Positions 28,671 to 43,029 of a stretch of 64,000 bases of DNA are shown piece after piece. The translations under genes were made by a program, and so were the position numbers. Origin of the DNA: Octopus vulgaris (taxonomy: Eukaryota); NCBI GenBank assembly GCA_951406725.2, contig OX597815.1, positions 52,886,001 through 52,950,000 of the forward strand, read 5' to 3'. The notes under the pieces were generated by a model, which ran no database searches, was not told the DNA's origin, and worked only from the letters and a program-made list of their open reading frames with translations. The number at the start of each line of letters is the position of its first letter. Position 1 is the first letter of the stretch.

Positions 28671-28939
28671 TGCTCAGAGTCCTACGATATATCTGTATCT
28701 CTCTATATATATAAATATATATCACTGAAATCTACAAGTTTTTTTCACCTTTAGTTTCTATTATGTTGAAGAGCGTAAGCTCAAAACGTAAATAAAAGGA
28801 CTTTTTCATTTCTCCCGAGCGTCAAACTTGCTTGTTATTCATACACCTGTCTTTGTCTTTTGTTTTTTTCTACGAACTTCAACTATATATATATATATAT
28901 GCGTGTGTGTGTGCTTAAGCGTGCGGGTATGTGTAGGTG

Positions 28940-29462
28940 TGTATAAACAATAAAGTAAATAGAGTGATTCAATTGACAATCTAATAATTAATTTCTATTA
29001 TAATAAAACATAATATACTATAAATATAATATAATATTAGATAACATAAAAAGTCATTAAAAAGCCAAAATAGCCAACAGTTTGTTTCGACTTAAATGCA
29101 TTATTTGATTTATATGCAATATATATCCACTGATCTCTTCGGACCATAGGTTTATAGACAAACGAAATTCCCTGTGAAAGGACGGATGGATTGTAAAAAA
29201 ATGCCTATGTATTGAGAACATGAGCCTTAACGTTTCAACTACACAAAAGATACAGTTAAAAAAAGATCCAATATTATATTATATTCATAGTATATTATGT
29301 TACATTATAACATGAATAGATTATTGGATTGTCAATTGTATCTCTGTATTTAATTTTTTGTTTGTAATTTGCATTATACCCATATTTATGTTGTATTCAA
29401 CTGACGTACCAGTGAATTGAATGTTTTACACGCCCCTTTGAAGGAATTGCTTTCCTTAATTT
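28940..29462. mobile_element. Non-autonomous element with internal inverted repeat and decayed HHR (-, ~29070-29145)
   Basis: caattgacaatctaataat (~28968) is inverted relative to attattggattgtcaattg (~29320). Minus strand CCGAAGA..gtc-GAAA-caaactg-TT. Confidence 0.55.
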
Positions 29463-29511
29463 ACTTTATATACATACATACATACATACATACATACATA
29501 CATGCATACAT

Positions 29512-29572
<61 letters not shown>

Positions 29573-29753
29573 AACTTACTTCGAAACGAATGCGTGGCAG
29601 TGCTCGAATTGAGGAGTAGATAGACAGCCGACAACTGATGAAAGGTCATCATTTATGTTACTTGTCTTGTTTTCCATTTGTTTGTGTATTGAACTCATTT
29701 GTTTTCGTATTTCATGTTGTTTACTGTTGGTGATGTCCTGTACCCATATATGC

Positions 29754-29811
<58 letters not shown>

Positions 29812-30912
29812 GTATGTATGTATGTATATGCATATATATATTATTTATATTATATACATACGGAGAAAGAGTGATAGAGAGATAGATGGATTGATAGATA
29901 GATAGATTGATTGATTGAGTGATTGGTTGATTGATTGTTAGATGGGTAGATAGATTAGAAGACAGCCAGAACCCAGAACATCAAAGTCTGTTTCGATGCA
30001 CATATCAGTTTATTAAATGTACAGAGCATACAGTATTGGTGGAAGCTGTTCCGTTACAAAAGTATTAGTTCCATGAATATAGAAAAGGCTACGCGTACAA
30101 AAGGGATCAAGAACTAATACTAAAGAAAATTATTACTATAGTGAATTTCCTGAAGGCAGGAATGAAATCGCTTGTATGATACATGGCCTCTTTATTACTA
30201 TGTGAAGGAGGAAATTAGAGTAAATATATTGAAGTAATGATAATTAAATTGTCTTGTGTATGTCTGCTTATTACGGAAAGATCGACTCACATATAGAAAT
30301 TTTACAACGTCTGCTACTAAATATCTAACATTACTCGCTAATGTCCTGTATTTCGTGAAGGACCTTTTAATATTTGTATATATGAGCCGATTTTCGACCC
30401 AACTTCAAACCACATTAAAAGGCTATTTATAATCAAAAATAGTAATAAACGCCGTTTCTGATTGTAGAAATCCTTTAGCTGTTTGTTGGTGATGGACCAG
30501 GATGCGTAGTAGAAAATTTCTACTGCATGACATATTTTGATTTCCTTCTTGTCAAACAAAGCTACGCCAGCTATTAATTTCTCGGGTGAAAAGTCGTTAC
30601 TGGATATATCCAGATCAGTAGAAAAAATAGCATATGTGAAAGGTTTCTATTTAATTTCCTTTTGCCTTTATGGTTTATACATAACTTTGAAGCACTTAAC
30701 CTTGACTTAAAATTGCTAATAACGTAAATATAATTGGGCTGTATCACTGAGATATAAAATATAGAAACACGCGCTAACATATGATGGTATGAGAAATAGT
30801 ATAGAATACGTAAATTTAAACGAAATGTGAACATTCACTGCATGCCAGTATGCTTTACATTGAAGATGATGAGAGGAAAAATTTCTAGACGGAAACTGGA
30901 AGAAGCCCTTCG

Positions 30913-31035
<123 letters not shown>

Positions 31036-31769
31036 ATGTGTGTGTGTGTGTGTGTGTGTATGTGTGTGTGTGTGTGTCTGAGTGTGTGTGGCCATCACCA
31101 CTGCTTCGCAACCGTGTTGGTGTGTTTACATTCCTATAACTTAATGGTTCAGCAAAAGATTTTAAGGCGGTGTCCCAGCACGGCTGCAGTCTCATGACTG
31201 AATAAAGTAAAAGAAAGAAAAAAGATAATTACAATTCGAAATATTTAGCATTAATTGGATTCGAACTTCTATTTTGTACAAGAAACAACGGATAACTACC
31301 ACTCACAAAAGAAAAACTGATTATTCATTCTGCTGTTTTAGGTTATAACCGCTAATTACAGGAATCCATGATCAAACCCAAGGTCTCATATAAAATATTC
31401 ATTTAGGACTGCTACTACCTACTACTTGCTACCAAGCCTTCATAAGAGTAAAAGTGAGACAGATAGACAGACAGAAAAAAGGAAAATGTCCCTTGCATTT
31501 GAAAACTATGGAAATATTTTTAAAAAAACATTTCATTTAATTTTTTCACAATTTAATTCTTTTTCATGCTTTACTCAAAGTTGAAAAAGTCGCAAAATGT
31601 TTTTCATGATATAAAATTATTTTAGCATTTTTCTACCTAGTCCCATTTTACTTACACATACCAACTTGTGTGTTCCGTTGCAATCTTTTATACACACAGG
31701 CACACGCGCACACATATATATTATTTATATTATTATTTGATTGAACGCCACGCATCCATTTCCAAGTAA

Positions 31770-32385
31770 AATTATCTTAATCTTTTTGATGCGACTCTAC
31801 CCTATACATTTTCTCCATCATCTGTTTCTCCCCTTCACCGTTTTCTGTCTGTCTGTCTGTCTCTTCCTTTCTCTTTTTCTCTCTCTCGTTGCTCACACGT
31901 GACCATCGTCCATTTTTCTTTTCCTTACGTGATCATTTTTCTTTTCCTTCATACCTGTCCTAAGGACCGGACGTATTCCACCTCCCTCTTCTATCTTTTT
32001 TCTTTTCAAAGAAAATATTTCTCCCAGCGTTCACTATTTTCCTCTCGTTCTGGTCTAACGACCCTCCATGTTTATTATCGTTCGGTTTCCTTGTATGTCT
32101 CCACTGTCCTGTTTTTGTTCTCAAATTTGACCCTCCATAAATCCAGAATTTTATTTTGGTAGTTATGGGAGCAAGTGTCTTCAAAGACTCACATTGTCGT
32201 TGAATGCTCGAAAAGAGGAGTAGATAGAGAGCCGACAACTGATGAAGGGTCGTTCTTTATGTTACGTGTCCTGTTTTCCATTTATTTCTCGTTGTTTGCG
32301 TATTGAACTTATTTGTTTTCGTATTTCATGTTGTTTATTGTTAGTGCTGTCCTGTACTCATCTATGCATATGCATACATACATAC
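31770..32385 (+). mobile_element. Repeat family shared with 1625-2290, 29590-29760 and 58195-58420
   Basis: Conserved block ctcgaaa..ggagtag..caactgatgaagggtcgttctttatgttac and a shared end tgtcctgtac.cat.tatgcat. Confidence 0.65.
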
Positions 32386-32790
32386 ACACACACAAATATA
32401 TATATATATATATATTATATTATAAAATGAGATAGGGGTTGAAAATTCAACCCACCATGGGATAATATATATCCAATATACTGCTAGATAGGTACCCAAC
32501 AAAATAATACATAGATGTTAAAAATTGTCAAGCAATCAGTTCATCTATTGTATTAAATGGGTAAAGGTAATAATATTACCGTAAATTAATACTACAAAAT
32601 TAGAGAATGGAGAAACATACTTAAATCAGTAAAACATCAACTATCCGATGATACTCAATCCATACTTTAATACACCATTACATATGAGTAAAGGCAATAT
32701 ATAAAATGAAATGAGATATACAGTAATAGTAAAAGTAAAAAGATAAAGAGATATAAGTAAAAAATTTTTCAAATATAATATGCAAATAAA

Positions 32791-32908
32791 TCAAAACTGA
32801 CAGCTGTTTCGGCAGTGAGGACAGTCATACCTCATTTAACCTATAAGCCATAAAGGCAGGTATAAATGAGGCATTAACAAGGATGCCCCACGGCCTCTTC
32901 AGAGAATT
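32791..32908 (-). ncRNA. Type I HHR with long stem II (left arm)
   Basis: Reverse complement of 33661-33778. Confidence 0.75.
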
Positions 32909-33283
32909 AAATTAAATTTGTTATAATAGTGAAAAATATTATATAATCATATACATATAAATATAAAAATATAAAAATGTAAAATATAAAAACTTATATA
33001 TCATAATGCTACACTTATATAATATAATACACATTTGTACAAAAAGGAAGGTAAACAGAACAATATAAAACAAAATATATAACAGTGTATATATTAATAT
33101 TAATAAGTACCGATATTATACATATTTGGCTAATAGTTTTTTTTATAAAAAAAAGGGCTAACACATATGGAGATGAAAAATAATAATTAAATCCGTGGTA
33201 CAGTTCATAAAATTCGATCTTGAAAGGATGGACTTGGTGCTAACTTAACTGTATCTATTTTTAGTATTTTTTTATTATTATTA

Positions 33284-33324
<41 letters not shown>

Positions 33325-33660
33325 AGTAATTTTTATTAACTTTTATAGCTTTAGAATTTTATGAACTGTACCACGGATTTAATTATTATTTTTCATCTCC
33401 ATATGTGTTAGCCCTTTTTTTTATAAAAAAAACTATTAGCCAAATATGTATAATATCGGTACTTATTAATATTAATATATACACTGTTATATATTTTGTT
33501 TTATATTGTTCTGTTTACCTTCCTTTTTGTACAAATGTGTATTATATTATATAAGTGTAGCATTATGATATATAAGTTTTTATATTTTACATTTTTATAT
33601 TTTTATATTTATATGTATATGATTATATAATATTTTTCACTATTATAACAAATTTAATTT

Positions 33661-33778
33661 AATTCTCTGAAGAGGCCGTGGGGCATCCTTGTTAATGCCT
33701 CATTTATACCTGCCTTTATGGCTTATAGGTTAAATGAGGTATGACTGTCCTCACTGCCGAAACAGCTGTCAGTTTTGA
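33661..33778 (+). ncRNA. Type I HHR with long stem II (right arm)
   Basis: aattct-CTGAAGA-GGCcGTGGGG..tgcctcattta..taaatgaggta..CCTCACtGCC-GAAA-CAGCTG-TC-ag. Intact core, palindromic ACAGCTGT stem III, GUC triplet, weak stem I. Confidence 0.75.
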
Positions 33779-33976
33779 TTTATTTGCATATTATATTTGA
33801 AAAATTTTTTACTTATATCTCTTTATCTTTTTACTTTTACTATTACTGTATATCTCATTTCATTTTATATATTGCCTTTACTCATATGTAATGGTGTATT
33901 AAAGTATGGATTGAGTATCATCGGATAGTTGATGTTTTACTGATTTAAGTATGTTTCTCCATTCTCTAATTTTGTA

Positions 33977-34030
<54 letters not shown>

Positions 34031-34081
34031 TATATATATATTATATATATATATACATACATACATATATACACACACACA

Positions 34082-34477
34082 TCTTTATATATAAAAGTAA
34101 CGTTGTGTGTCTGTCTCCTACGATTTAGATTCCTAACAACTCCCACATTTTGCGGTGCAGTTTAACCAAAAGCGGGTAACTTATAGTCGTGATTCATATC
34201 AAGACCTTCTGGGTATTAGCGCGCGTCTACGATGATTCTACGATTTAAAAAAAAATTACCATAATTTTTCCGTATTTTTAATGCATTTTCGCTCGGTTTA
34301 TATAAGGGAAGTAACTCTCTAAAAATGTATTATTAAATCTCAGAACGTAAAAAGCTACAGTAACACCTCCCTTTGTGGTTAGCCATATTGAGATGGCTAT
34401 TATACTTTACATCTCTAAAAATGCTTATATAGTTATTTCCCCTTACAAACCCGAGCAACGCCGGGTGATACTGCTAG
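34082..34477 (+). mobile_element. Complete non-autonomous Helitron (~396 bp)
   Basis: Starts a|TCtttatatataaaag and ends with hairpin cccgagcaacgccggg followed by CTAG|t. Inserted between A and T with no TSD. Confidence 0.85.
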
Positions 34478-34954
34478 TACATATATATATATATTGTGTG
34501 TGTGTGTGTGTGTGTTATATTGATTTAAGAAACGTTCCTGTTCCTTCATGCAATATTTTCTTGAGTTAATCTATCAGCACATGAAAACATTTCGTACCTT
34601 ATCTCATTTCGTTTTATCCTCTCTCCTTGTCTAGCTTTTGTCACCAGCAGACTTTTATCGGTTAGACGATTATTAAAACAAAAAAAAGAGAAAACCCCCA
34701 GAAAAATAGAGAGAAAAGAGGAAAGAACAACACAAAGAAAGGAAACCTTCCCTCGTCATTGCAAAAACAGCTGGTTGTATCTTTAAATGATGATGATGGT
34801 GATCAGTGCAAAAAAAGATGATGATGTTGATGATGATGATGATGATGATAACGGTGATATGAACAGTGATAATATGGATGACGACGTTGCTACAGGAGTG
34901 TCGGTTGAAGAGAACATTGCAAAAATTGGTTGCTCAAAGGGACAGATAATGATG

Positions 34955-35053
<99 letters not shown>

Positions 35054-35409
35054 TTAATGTTTCTTTATTAACATCAAGAGTTTATATTAAGAAAAACGTT
35101 ATGGAATGTGTTTGTGTATGTGTGTGAGTGTGTGTTGTGAGGATTTTGCAATAATAATAATAACCCATTTTATTAAATGCACAGGGCCTGAAACTTTAGT
35201 CGAAGTGACTAGTCGATTACATTGATTCCTGTATTTCACTGGTACTTAATTTATCGACCCCGAATGAATAAAAGGCAAAGTTGACCTCAGTGGAATTTGA
35301 ACTCAGAACGTAAAGATTGACGAAATACCGCTAAATATTTCGCCCAGCGTGCTAATGATTCTGCCAGCTCGTTACCTAAATAATAACAACAAGAACGATA
35401 ATAATAATA

Positions 35410-36478
35410 CGAAGCTCAGGGCTAAAAGCAGAGAGCGAAGGTTTCATATTAGCAGCTTATGATCAAAGCTTATTAACCAGGAACTACCAAACCAATGTGA
35501 TAAAAAATGGAGCTGACCCAAAATGCCGATTCTGTAACGTTGAAATTGAAACTATAGACCACCTAATCTCAGGGTGTAGAGTCTTAGCACCTGTAGAATA
35601 TAAAGCAAGACATGACAGAGTCGGCCAGTATCTACACTGGACAATATGTCGGCATTATAAAATCAAAACCGCTGACAAATGGTATAAACACCACCCTAAA
35701 ACTGCGACTGAATGAGAAAATGTTGTCGATTCTCTGGGACTTCCCCGTACAACCGACAAAACTATAAAAGCTAATAAACCGGATATTATTATAAAAGATC
35801 AGAAAAAAAGGTGTGTTTATTAATTGACATGTGTATTCCTTGAGATCACAATATAGCGGCGAAAGAATTTGACAAGATCAGTAAATATAAAGACTTGCTG
35901 ATAGAAATTGAAAAAAATGTGGCATCTGAAGACGACTACAGTACCAGTGATTGTAGGATCTCTAGGAATGATAAAAAAAAAAAGGTACTGAAACCTATTT
36001 GAAAATGATACCAATTTCTTTACTATCCACAAGGGGCTAAACACAGAGAGGACAAACAAAGACAGAAAAACGGATTAAGTCGATTATATCGACCCCAGTG
36101 CGTAGCTGGTACTTATTTAATCGACCCAGAAAGGATGAAAGGCAAAGTCGACCTCGGCAGAATTTGAACTCAGAACGTAGCGAGAGACAAAATACTGCTA
36201 AGCATTTCTTCCGGCGTGCTAACGTTTCTGCCAGCTCGTCGCCCTATTTGAAAATGATACCGTGTAAACTGGAACGACTCATGTAGTGAGAAGAGCATTA
36301 TCGCTGTGAAAACAACATCCATTCATGATTTTATTCATTTATTAATTTTTTTTTAAATGCATATTTTACCTCTGAATTTGTGTGTGTAATCTGGGAATGC
36401 ATACAATGAGCTTCTCTGCCCTAGGTGTACAGAAAACACTCGGCGAGAAATGGAAGAAAATTTGAAGAAAGAAAAAAA
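35410..36478 (+). mobile_element. R4/Dong LINE 3' region: CCHC finger plus REL endonuclease, interrupted by a SINE
   Basis: ESEGFILAAYDQSLLTRNY..CRFC..ETIDHLISGC..YKARHDRV..LWDF..ANKPDIII..LIDM..KISKYKDL..PVIVGSLG. Both flanks are TAA-rich. Confidence 0.92.
36013..36242 (-). mobile_element. SINE family B insertion with 19-bp TSD
   Basis: cctatttgaaaatgatacc at 35994-36012 and 36243-36261. Confidence 0.9.
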
Positions 36479-36858
36479 TAATAATGATAGTAATAATAAC
36501 ATTTATTTGCCATCAAGGCGAAGGATGAAAGGGACAATACAATATAGACATAAAGTGATAGGGTTTACATATAATGAAATGATATAATAAATAAACAAAG
36601 GCATGGCTTTGTGGTAAGAAGCTTGCTTCCCAATCACATGGTTCCAGATTCAGCTCCATGGCGTGGTACCTTGAGCAAGTGTCTTCTGCTATAGCCTAAG
36701 TCCAACCAAAGCCTTATGAGTGGATTTCATAGACGGAAACTGAAAGAAACCCGTCATATACATACATAAGTACATACATACACATATACGACATCATTAC
36801 CTCTCACAACCACCATTTCTCGCTATTATAAACACTTATCTCAGGTAAAGCTTCAGTA

Positions 36859-38200
36859 ATGGATAAACTATTCCTTGGCATTTCTCTTAAGGACACAACT
36901 ATTCCTTCACAAAAGACTTTCCTTTTAATCCTCCTTACCAAAACTAAGGACCTCATCCGAAGAATGAGATGGAAAGCTGTCTTTCACGACAATCAAAAAT
37001 GCAGAGCTGACAATAATACCAACAGCTACAACGTCAAATCATATAAGAACCCTCCACACAGCTCCCGTATCGAAGAATTTGAAGCAGATATGATTAATTT
37101 AATTGGAAACATTAAATTCTCTAAATACAAATTCCCCTTTCAAAAAAAGCTCTCGAACACCATAAAATGGATAATTGCATTCCCCAAATTACATGTCTTC
37201 TCGGATAAAACAGGAATTATGTATCCCAATACCATTGAGGAATATAATAAATTCATAAAGAAAGAACTCGACAAATCCTACAAGCTGGCACCAACATCTG
37301 CCCTAAATGAAATCAACACCAACCACTGCAAACTTATGAGGAAATTACAAGTAGATGACCGAGCCGAACCATACTGCCCTGCATCACCACACTTTAACTT
37401 CAAGGATCACAACAAGGACTTTATTACCAAAACTTCAATGCCCCTAATATGTCCCACCAAATTTGACATAGGAAAATATTTTGGACAAAATAATACCAAT
37501 CGTCAAGGACAAATTAAATGTTAACCTATGGTCTCACACAGGTGAAGTTATTACATGGTTCCACCTTCTAAAAACCCCAAACTCAAATTCCTTCCTACAA
37601 TTCGACATAAATAATTAGTACTCTTCTATTTCTCCTAAACTTCTTAATCAAGCTCTTCTGCTAGCTAGGAACCTTACTAACCTAACTCTACTAGAAATTA
37701 ACATAATACTTAATGCCCACTAAACCGTTATTTCTTTTGAAAGCAAACTCAGGTGCCAGGCAATAACCATAGCAACCTATTCGACATAACCATGGGATCA
37801 TCTGATTCAGCTCAGGTCACTGACTTAGTTGGACTAAATATACTACATCAGCTCCATATACATTTCCCTAACATCAAGGGAGGCCTATTCAGGGACGACG
37901 CTTTATTAGTTTCCAAAAGCATAAATAAATCCTCCTCAGAAAGAACTAGAAAGGATCTACATAAATTATTCTCTAACCAAATTCTATCTATCACATTCGA
38001 AAACCTTACCACAAACCTAACCAATATCTCAGATACCTTAACATCCACTCCAATCACCTCAAATCCAATTTCGATAACTCAAGTACATCTCAACCCGCAT
38101 ATCCGACCTCTCCTTCACTGAGGAAATTATCAATAATCAAGCACCATATTATAATGAAGCACTCGTCACTAGCGGCTTTTCCCTACAAATAGAACACATC
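36859..38200 (+). mobile_element. Penelope-like reverse transcriptase pseudo-ORF (resembles the Naiad group)
   Basis: SLKDTTIPSQ..LIRRMRWKAVF..SDKT..FKDHNKDF..LICPTK.DIG..FLQFDI..FDITMGSSDSAQVTDLVGL..GGLFRDDALL, with stops and frameshifts. Confidence 0.88.
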
Positions 38201-38671
38201 TATAACACCAGGATCAAGCAATACATATCTTAAATCACATCTCCACCAACCATCACAATCGCAACACGCACCAACCAACACGCGCCAACCATCACAATCG
38301 CAACCAACTACACACACTCGTCGATAGAGGGACAAGTACCCTCCCCAATTCCGTTTCTCCGACTCACAAGTCTACACTTAGAGGGTACCACTCACCTTTG
38401 TCGCAACTTCGGGGGAGGGGAAGTTCGGGAGAGGGGGTTAAGTCAGTCACATTGGCCCCGGTGCTCGAACTGGTACTTATTTGATCGACTCCTAAAGGAT
38501 GAAAAGCAATGTCAGCCTCGACGGTATTTGACCTCAGAACTTTCAGACACAGGAAATGCCGCTAAGCATTTTGCCCGGTGTGCTAACGGTTCTGACAGCT
38601 CGCTGCCCTACTACTACTACTACTACTACTACTACAACTACTACTACTGCTGCTGCTGCTGCTTCTGATGT

Positions 38672-38710
<39 letters not shown>

Positions 38711-38715
38711 CTAAC

Positions 38716-38769
<54 letters not shown>

Positions 38770-38772
<3 letters not shown>

Positions 38773-39003
38773 CTCTTATTCAAGGACCTTTTGAGCAGGA
38801 AGGGTTTCTCAAACAGAAGAAAATTCCAACTGGGCCCCATCTGCTGTTTATCTTGATAAGAGATCACCATGTCGCGCACATATGGTTGTGATGCATATGC
38901 GTAGTGTACCCTTATCAGACGGGTAGTCATGATGGGTATACTGGGCTTCGTATACTTTACCCCAGTGTCACTTTGATGGTATGCACTGCTCTCTCATTCA
39001 ATC

Positions 39004-39067
<64 letters not shown>

Positions 39068-39283
39068 TAATAAACAACTCTTATTCAAGGACCTTTTGAG
39101 CAGGAAGGGTTTCTCAACCACAAGAAAATTCCAACTGGGCCCCCACCTGCAAGCTCATGTGCTGTTTATCACATGATATTATAATAATAATACTAATAAT
39201 AAAAAAAATAATAACAACAATAACAACAACAACAAGAACAATAACAACAACAACAACAACAACAAAAACAAAAACAACAACAA

Positions 39284-39320
<37 letters not shown>

Positions 39321-39341
39321 AACAATAACAATAACAATAAC

Positions 39342-39388
<47 letters not shown>

Positions 39389-39392
39389 TAAC

Positions 39393-39455
<63 letters not shown>

Positions 39456-39908
39456 GAAAAAAAAAAAATTCCCAGATTTAGTACCAGGCAGTGGCTCTCG
39501 TGGCTTCAGATCTTAACTGATTGGAAGTGTTATCATGTGCATCGTCTTCTCTTGGTATAAACTAACTGTGCATGGCGGAGCATCATAGCCATGTGTTGAG
39601 AGGGATTCTTTAGGGTTCGAATAATTCACCCCTGGATATATGGGTGTTTCGTTCAACATCCTGAAGCAACCCTTATTCAGGGACCTTTTGAGAGGGATGG
39701 GTTACTCGACCAGAAAGAAAATTCTAACTGGGCCCCACCTGCAAGCTCATGTGCTGTTTATCTTGATATGAGATCACCATGCCGCGCACATATGGTTGTG
39801 ATGCATGTGCCTAATGTATCCTTATCAGACGGGTAGTCATGATGGATATACTGGGCTTCATTTATTGTACCCAATGTCACTTTGATGGCATGCACTGCTC
39901 TCTCACTC

Positions 39909-39910
<2 letters not shown>
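38770..39910 (+). repeat. Three nested-length copies of a retroelement-tail-like repeat within (AAT)n/(AAC)n arrays
   Basis: The block cttattca.ggaccttttgag..aactgggcccca recurs at ~38774, ~39080 and ~39672. Two copies end in cactgctctctca before (AAT)n. Confidence 0.7.
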
Positions 39911-39973
<63 letters not shown>

Positions 39974-39974
39974 T

Positions 39975-40560
39975 AGAAATGAAAGACAAGGTCCTCACTG
40001 TATATTTGAAACGCTTCAAACTTCTCTTGACATTAAAACTCAATTCAAGGAACCTTGTGACTGCTGTTGATGTTGTTCGCTATAGTAATGGACGAAAAGA
40101 GGAAGGCAAAAGTCCCCTGGACTTTGATTTCCAGACAGACAAGGTATTAGAGCACTGAAGGCCAGACATAGTAACTCTTAGGAGGGACAAACAAGAATGC
40201 CTTGTAATCGACATGCAGTGTCAGATCAACGTATTATCATGAAAGAAAGAGAAAATATTGATAAATATGGAGACCTGAGAATTGAGATGTGACAGTTACG
40301 AGAGTCAAATATAAAGATTGTCCATATTGTCATCGGAGCATTGGGTTCAATACCATCCAACCTGCAGAAACATCTGGAAACTTTAGAAATACTCTAAAAT
40401 CTAGGTGTATTGCAAAAATCGTCATTGCTTGGAACTGAACGCATATTGCGTAAAGTATTGTTTGTCTGAGGTCCTTGTGACTTGACAGACAGTACAAATC
40501 ACCGGTAGACACGATATCTCAATCAACAACATTACGATATTAGATACTCTGCGACGTCTT
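39975..40560 (+). mobile_element. R4/Dong LINE fragment (REL endonuclease end)
   Basis: DFDFQTDKVLEH*RPDIV..CLVID..DKYGDLRIE..IVIGALGSIP..LQKSSLLGT.RILRKVL. Both flanks are TAA-rich. Confidence 0.85.
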
Positions 40561-43029
40561 AAATAATAATACTAATAATAATACTAATGCTAATAATTAT
40601 CGTTATTATATTAATGACTTCTAATTTAGGCGCAATGCCAGCAAATTTGAAGAGGCGGTCTTAGTCGATACTATAGACACCAGTACAGGATTTGTTTTAT
40701 TTTATTGACTACAGAGGAACGAAAGCTACAGTTGACCTTGGAAGAATTTGAACTCAGAACATAAAGTGGCGGAAGAAATATTGCTAAGCAATTTTTTCTG
40801 ATGCTTTAATGCCAATCCACTGGTATGATGATATTAAAAATTAATAGAGAAGTGCATAGAAATTATTCTACTGAGAACTTCAATAATTATTGTGATAGTA
40901 GAGACGACGGTGAACGTCAGGTGAGCTAAATAGATCGATAGATAGAGAAAGAAAGGAGTGAAGAAGACATGCAAGAGAAGGTGTAAAAAGTGTTAGCTGA
41001 GGTGATAGCAATGAAAAATGGAAGAAAAAAGGAGCAAAGGAGAAATGCCAACGAGTCTCCATAGATGTGTAAACACACGCATAATACATACATACATACA
41101 TACATACACACATACATATACACCTGCATGTATGTTTATATATATATGTATGTATGCATGTATGTATGTATGTATGTATGTATGTATGTATGTATGTATG
41201 TATGTATGTATGTATGTATGTATGTATGTATGTATGTACGTATGAATGCTGAAAACTGTAGTAACAGTGGTGTTGATATTGGCTGGTGTTAGTTAATGGA
41301 GTTGGTGATGGTAGATTTTGTAATCTGTAAAGAGTTGAAGGCGGTGAGCAATTTACTTATTTCTGTGAACTGAAACTTAAAGAAAAAAATTACTACAAAT
41401 TACTATGTGGTTTAACGCCTGCGTCTCAGTGCAAGTAATTGTCATCGTGCAATATCATCGTCGCCACTAATACACCGCTACTATGACTATCAACAAGGTA
41501 CAAACAACAGCCATCATAAACTCATAAGCACCAATATACATCATCACAGTCGCCACCATCACCAATTACTAATAACATATTTCTTCCTCTTTCTTATTTC
41601 CTCTGTCTTTTCCCTTGCTCTCTCTTTCTCTTTTATTTTTCTGTCTTCCTCTTTTTCTTTCTCCTTTGCGTTATAGAAAAGGTAGGCAGGAACGTGCTGT
41701 TGCATTCAACTATAAATAATATTCTTTTCTGATTTTTGCTCAAACCAGCAATCTTGAGAGAAGGGAGTTATTTAAAACCATCGACCCTAATACTAGACAG
41801 GAAACTTCATTTTATTAACCTCAGACAGATGAACAGCAAAATCGATCGCAGTGGAATTTGATCACAGAACGTATACAACCGGAATAGTTACTGTAAAGCA
41901 TTTTATCTGACGGTCAAATGATTTATGCTAATCCTCTCTATTATCTATGGCACTTCATGGCTTTGGCATGACTTGATAAGCTTTCCCCATACTGGTCGGT
42001 TTTTCGCTTGGGTTTACCATTTATCATGATCAAATCCTTTCTCCTTCCTGTTCCTTTTTTGCTGAATCTTTGAATGTCAGTCTAGGTTTCAAATTTTGAC
42101 ACAAGGTTAGTAATTTCAGAGGTTAAGTCGATTACATCGACACCAGTGCTTAACTGGTACTTATTTCATTTATCGCGAAAGGATGAAAGTCGATCCTGAC
42201 GGCTGTTGAACTTAGAACGTAAAGACAGACGAGACACCACTAAGTATGAACCATCTCTTACGTTAATGCGATATGTTAATACAAAAAGCGTATCCATGAC
42301 TATGCCGATAAAAGAGTGTTCCGGGATCTTAACCGAGTGTCTGGATTCGATCGCGAGTCGAGACTATCGACCCTAGTACTTGACTTATACTTTAGTTTAT
42401 CAACCCGGAACGAGCGAAAGGCAAAGTTCGCATCGGTGAGACCTGAAATCTGAAAGTAATGAGCCGAGAGAAATACCGCAAGGCAATTTGCGCGATTGTC
42501 TAAACATTTTGTCAATCTAACAACAACAAAGACAACAACAACAACAACAACAATAACAGCAGCAACAGCAACAGCAAGAGCAGCAGCAGCAACAACCACA
42601 ACAACAATAACAGCCACAACAGCAGTAAGAAAAAGGATAAAACACTGGAGCGTTATTATGAGAGAGAGCTTGTTAACTGCTAAAAAAAAAAATGAACTAC
42701 GATGATTAAATCAAAGAAATCAAATTGGGAAATCTCTTCCACCACGAAAATGTTAAAGCATCGCTGTGCAAGTAATACTTGTATTATCTATTGATTATTA
42801 CATCATATAATTAATGTATCACAAATATTCATAGTGGTCGGTTATCTGATGACACGTATAAACAAATCATCGGAGCATAGCTTAAACCATCGACTGATTG
42901 ATTTCCATCCGCAGACTACAAAAATGTTAAATAATTCAATAAAATTGTGCATACCTACACAAGCTTACTCCACTGTTCAGAATTTCAAGTCCCATTTTGT
43001 AGACATGTAATGTATGCCTGTACATATGT

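Larger units (their letters stand above)
32589..33980. repeat. Large inverted repeat: 627-bp arms (32589-33215 and 33354-33980), 138-bp spacer
   Basis: The arms read as exact reverse complements at the ends and at the internal checkpoints I compared, including homopolymer lengths. Confidence 0.95.

Noticed and set aside
30190-30870. Possible further GIY-YIG remnant on the minus strand
   Set aside because: Only vague motif similarity, with no clear catalytic residues.
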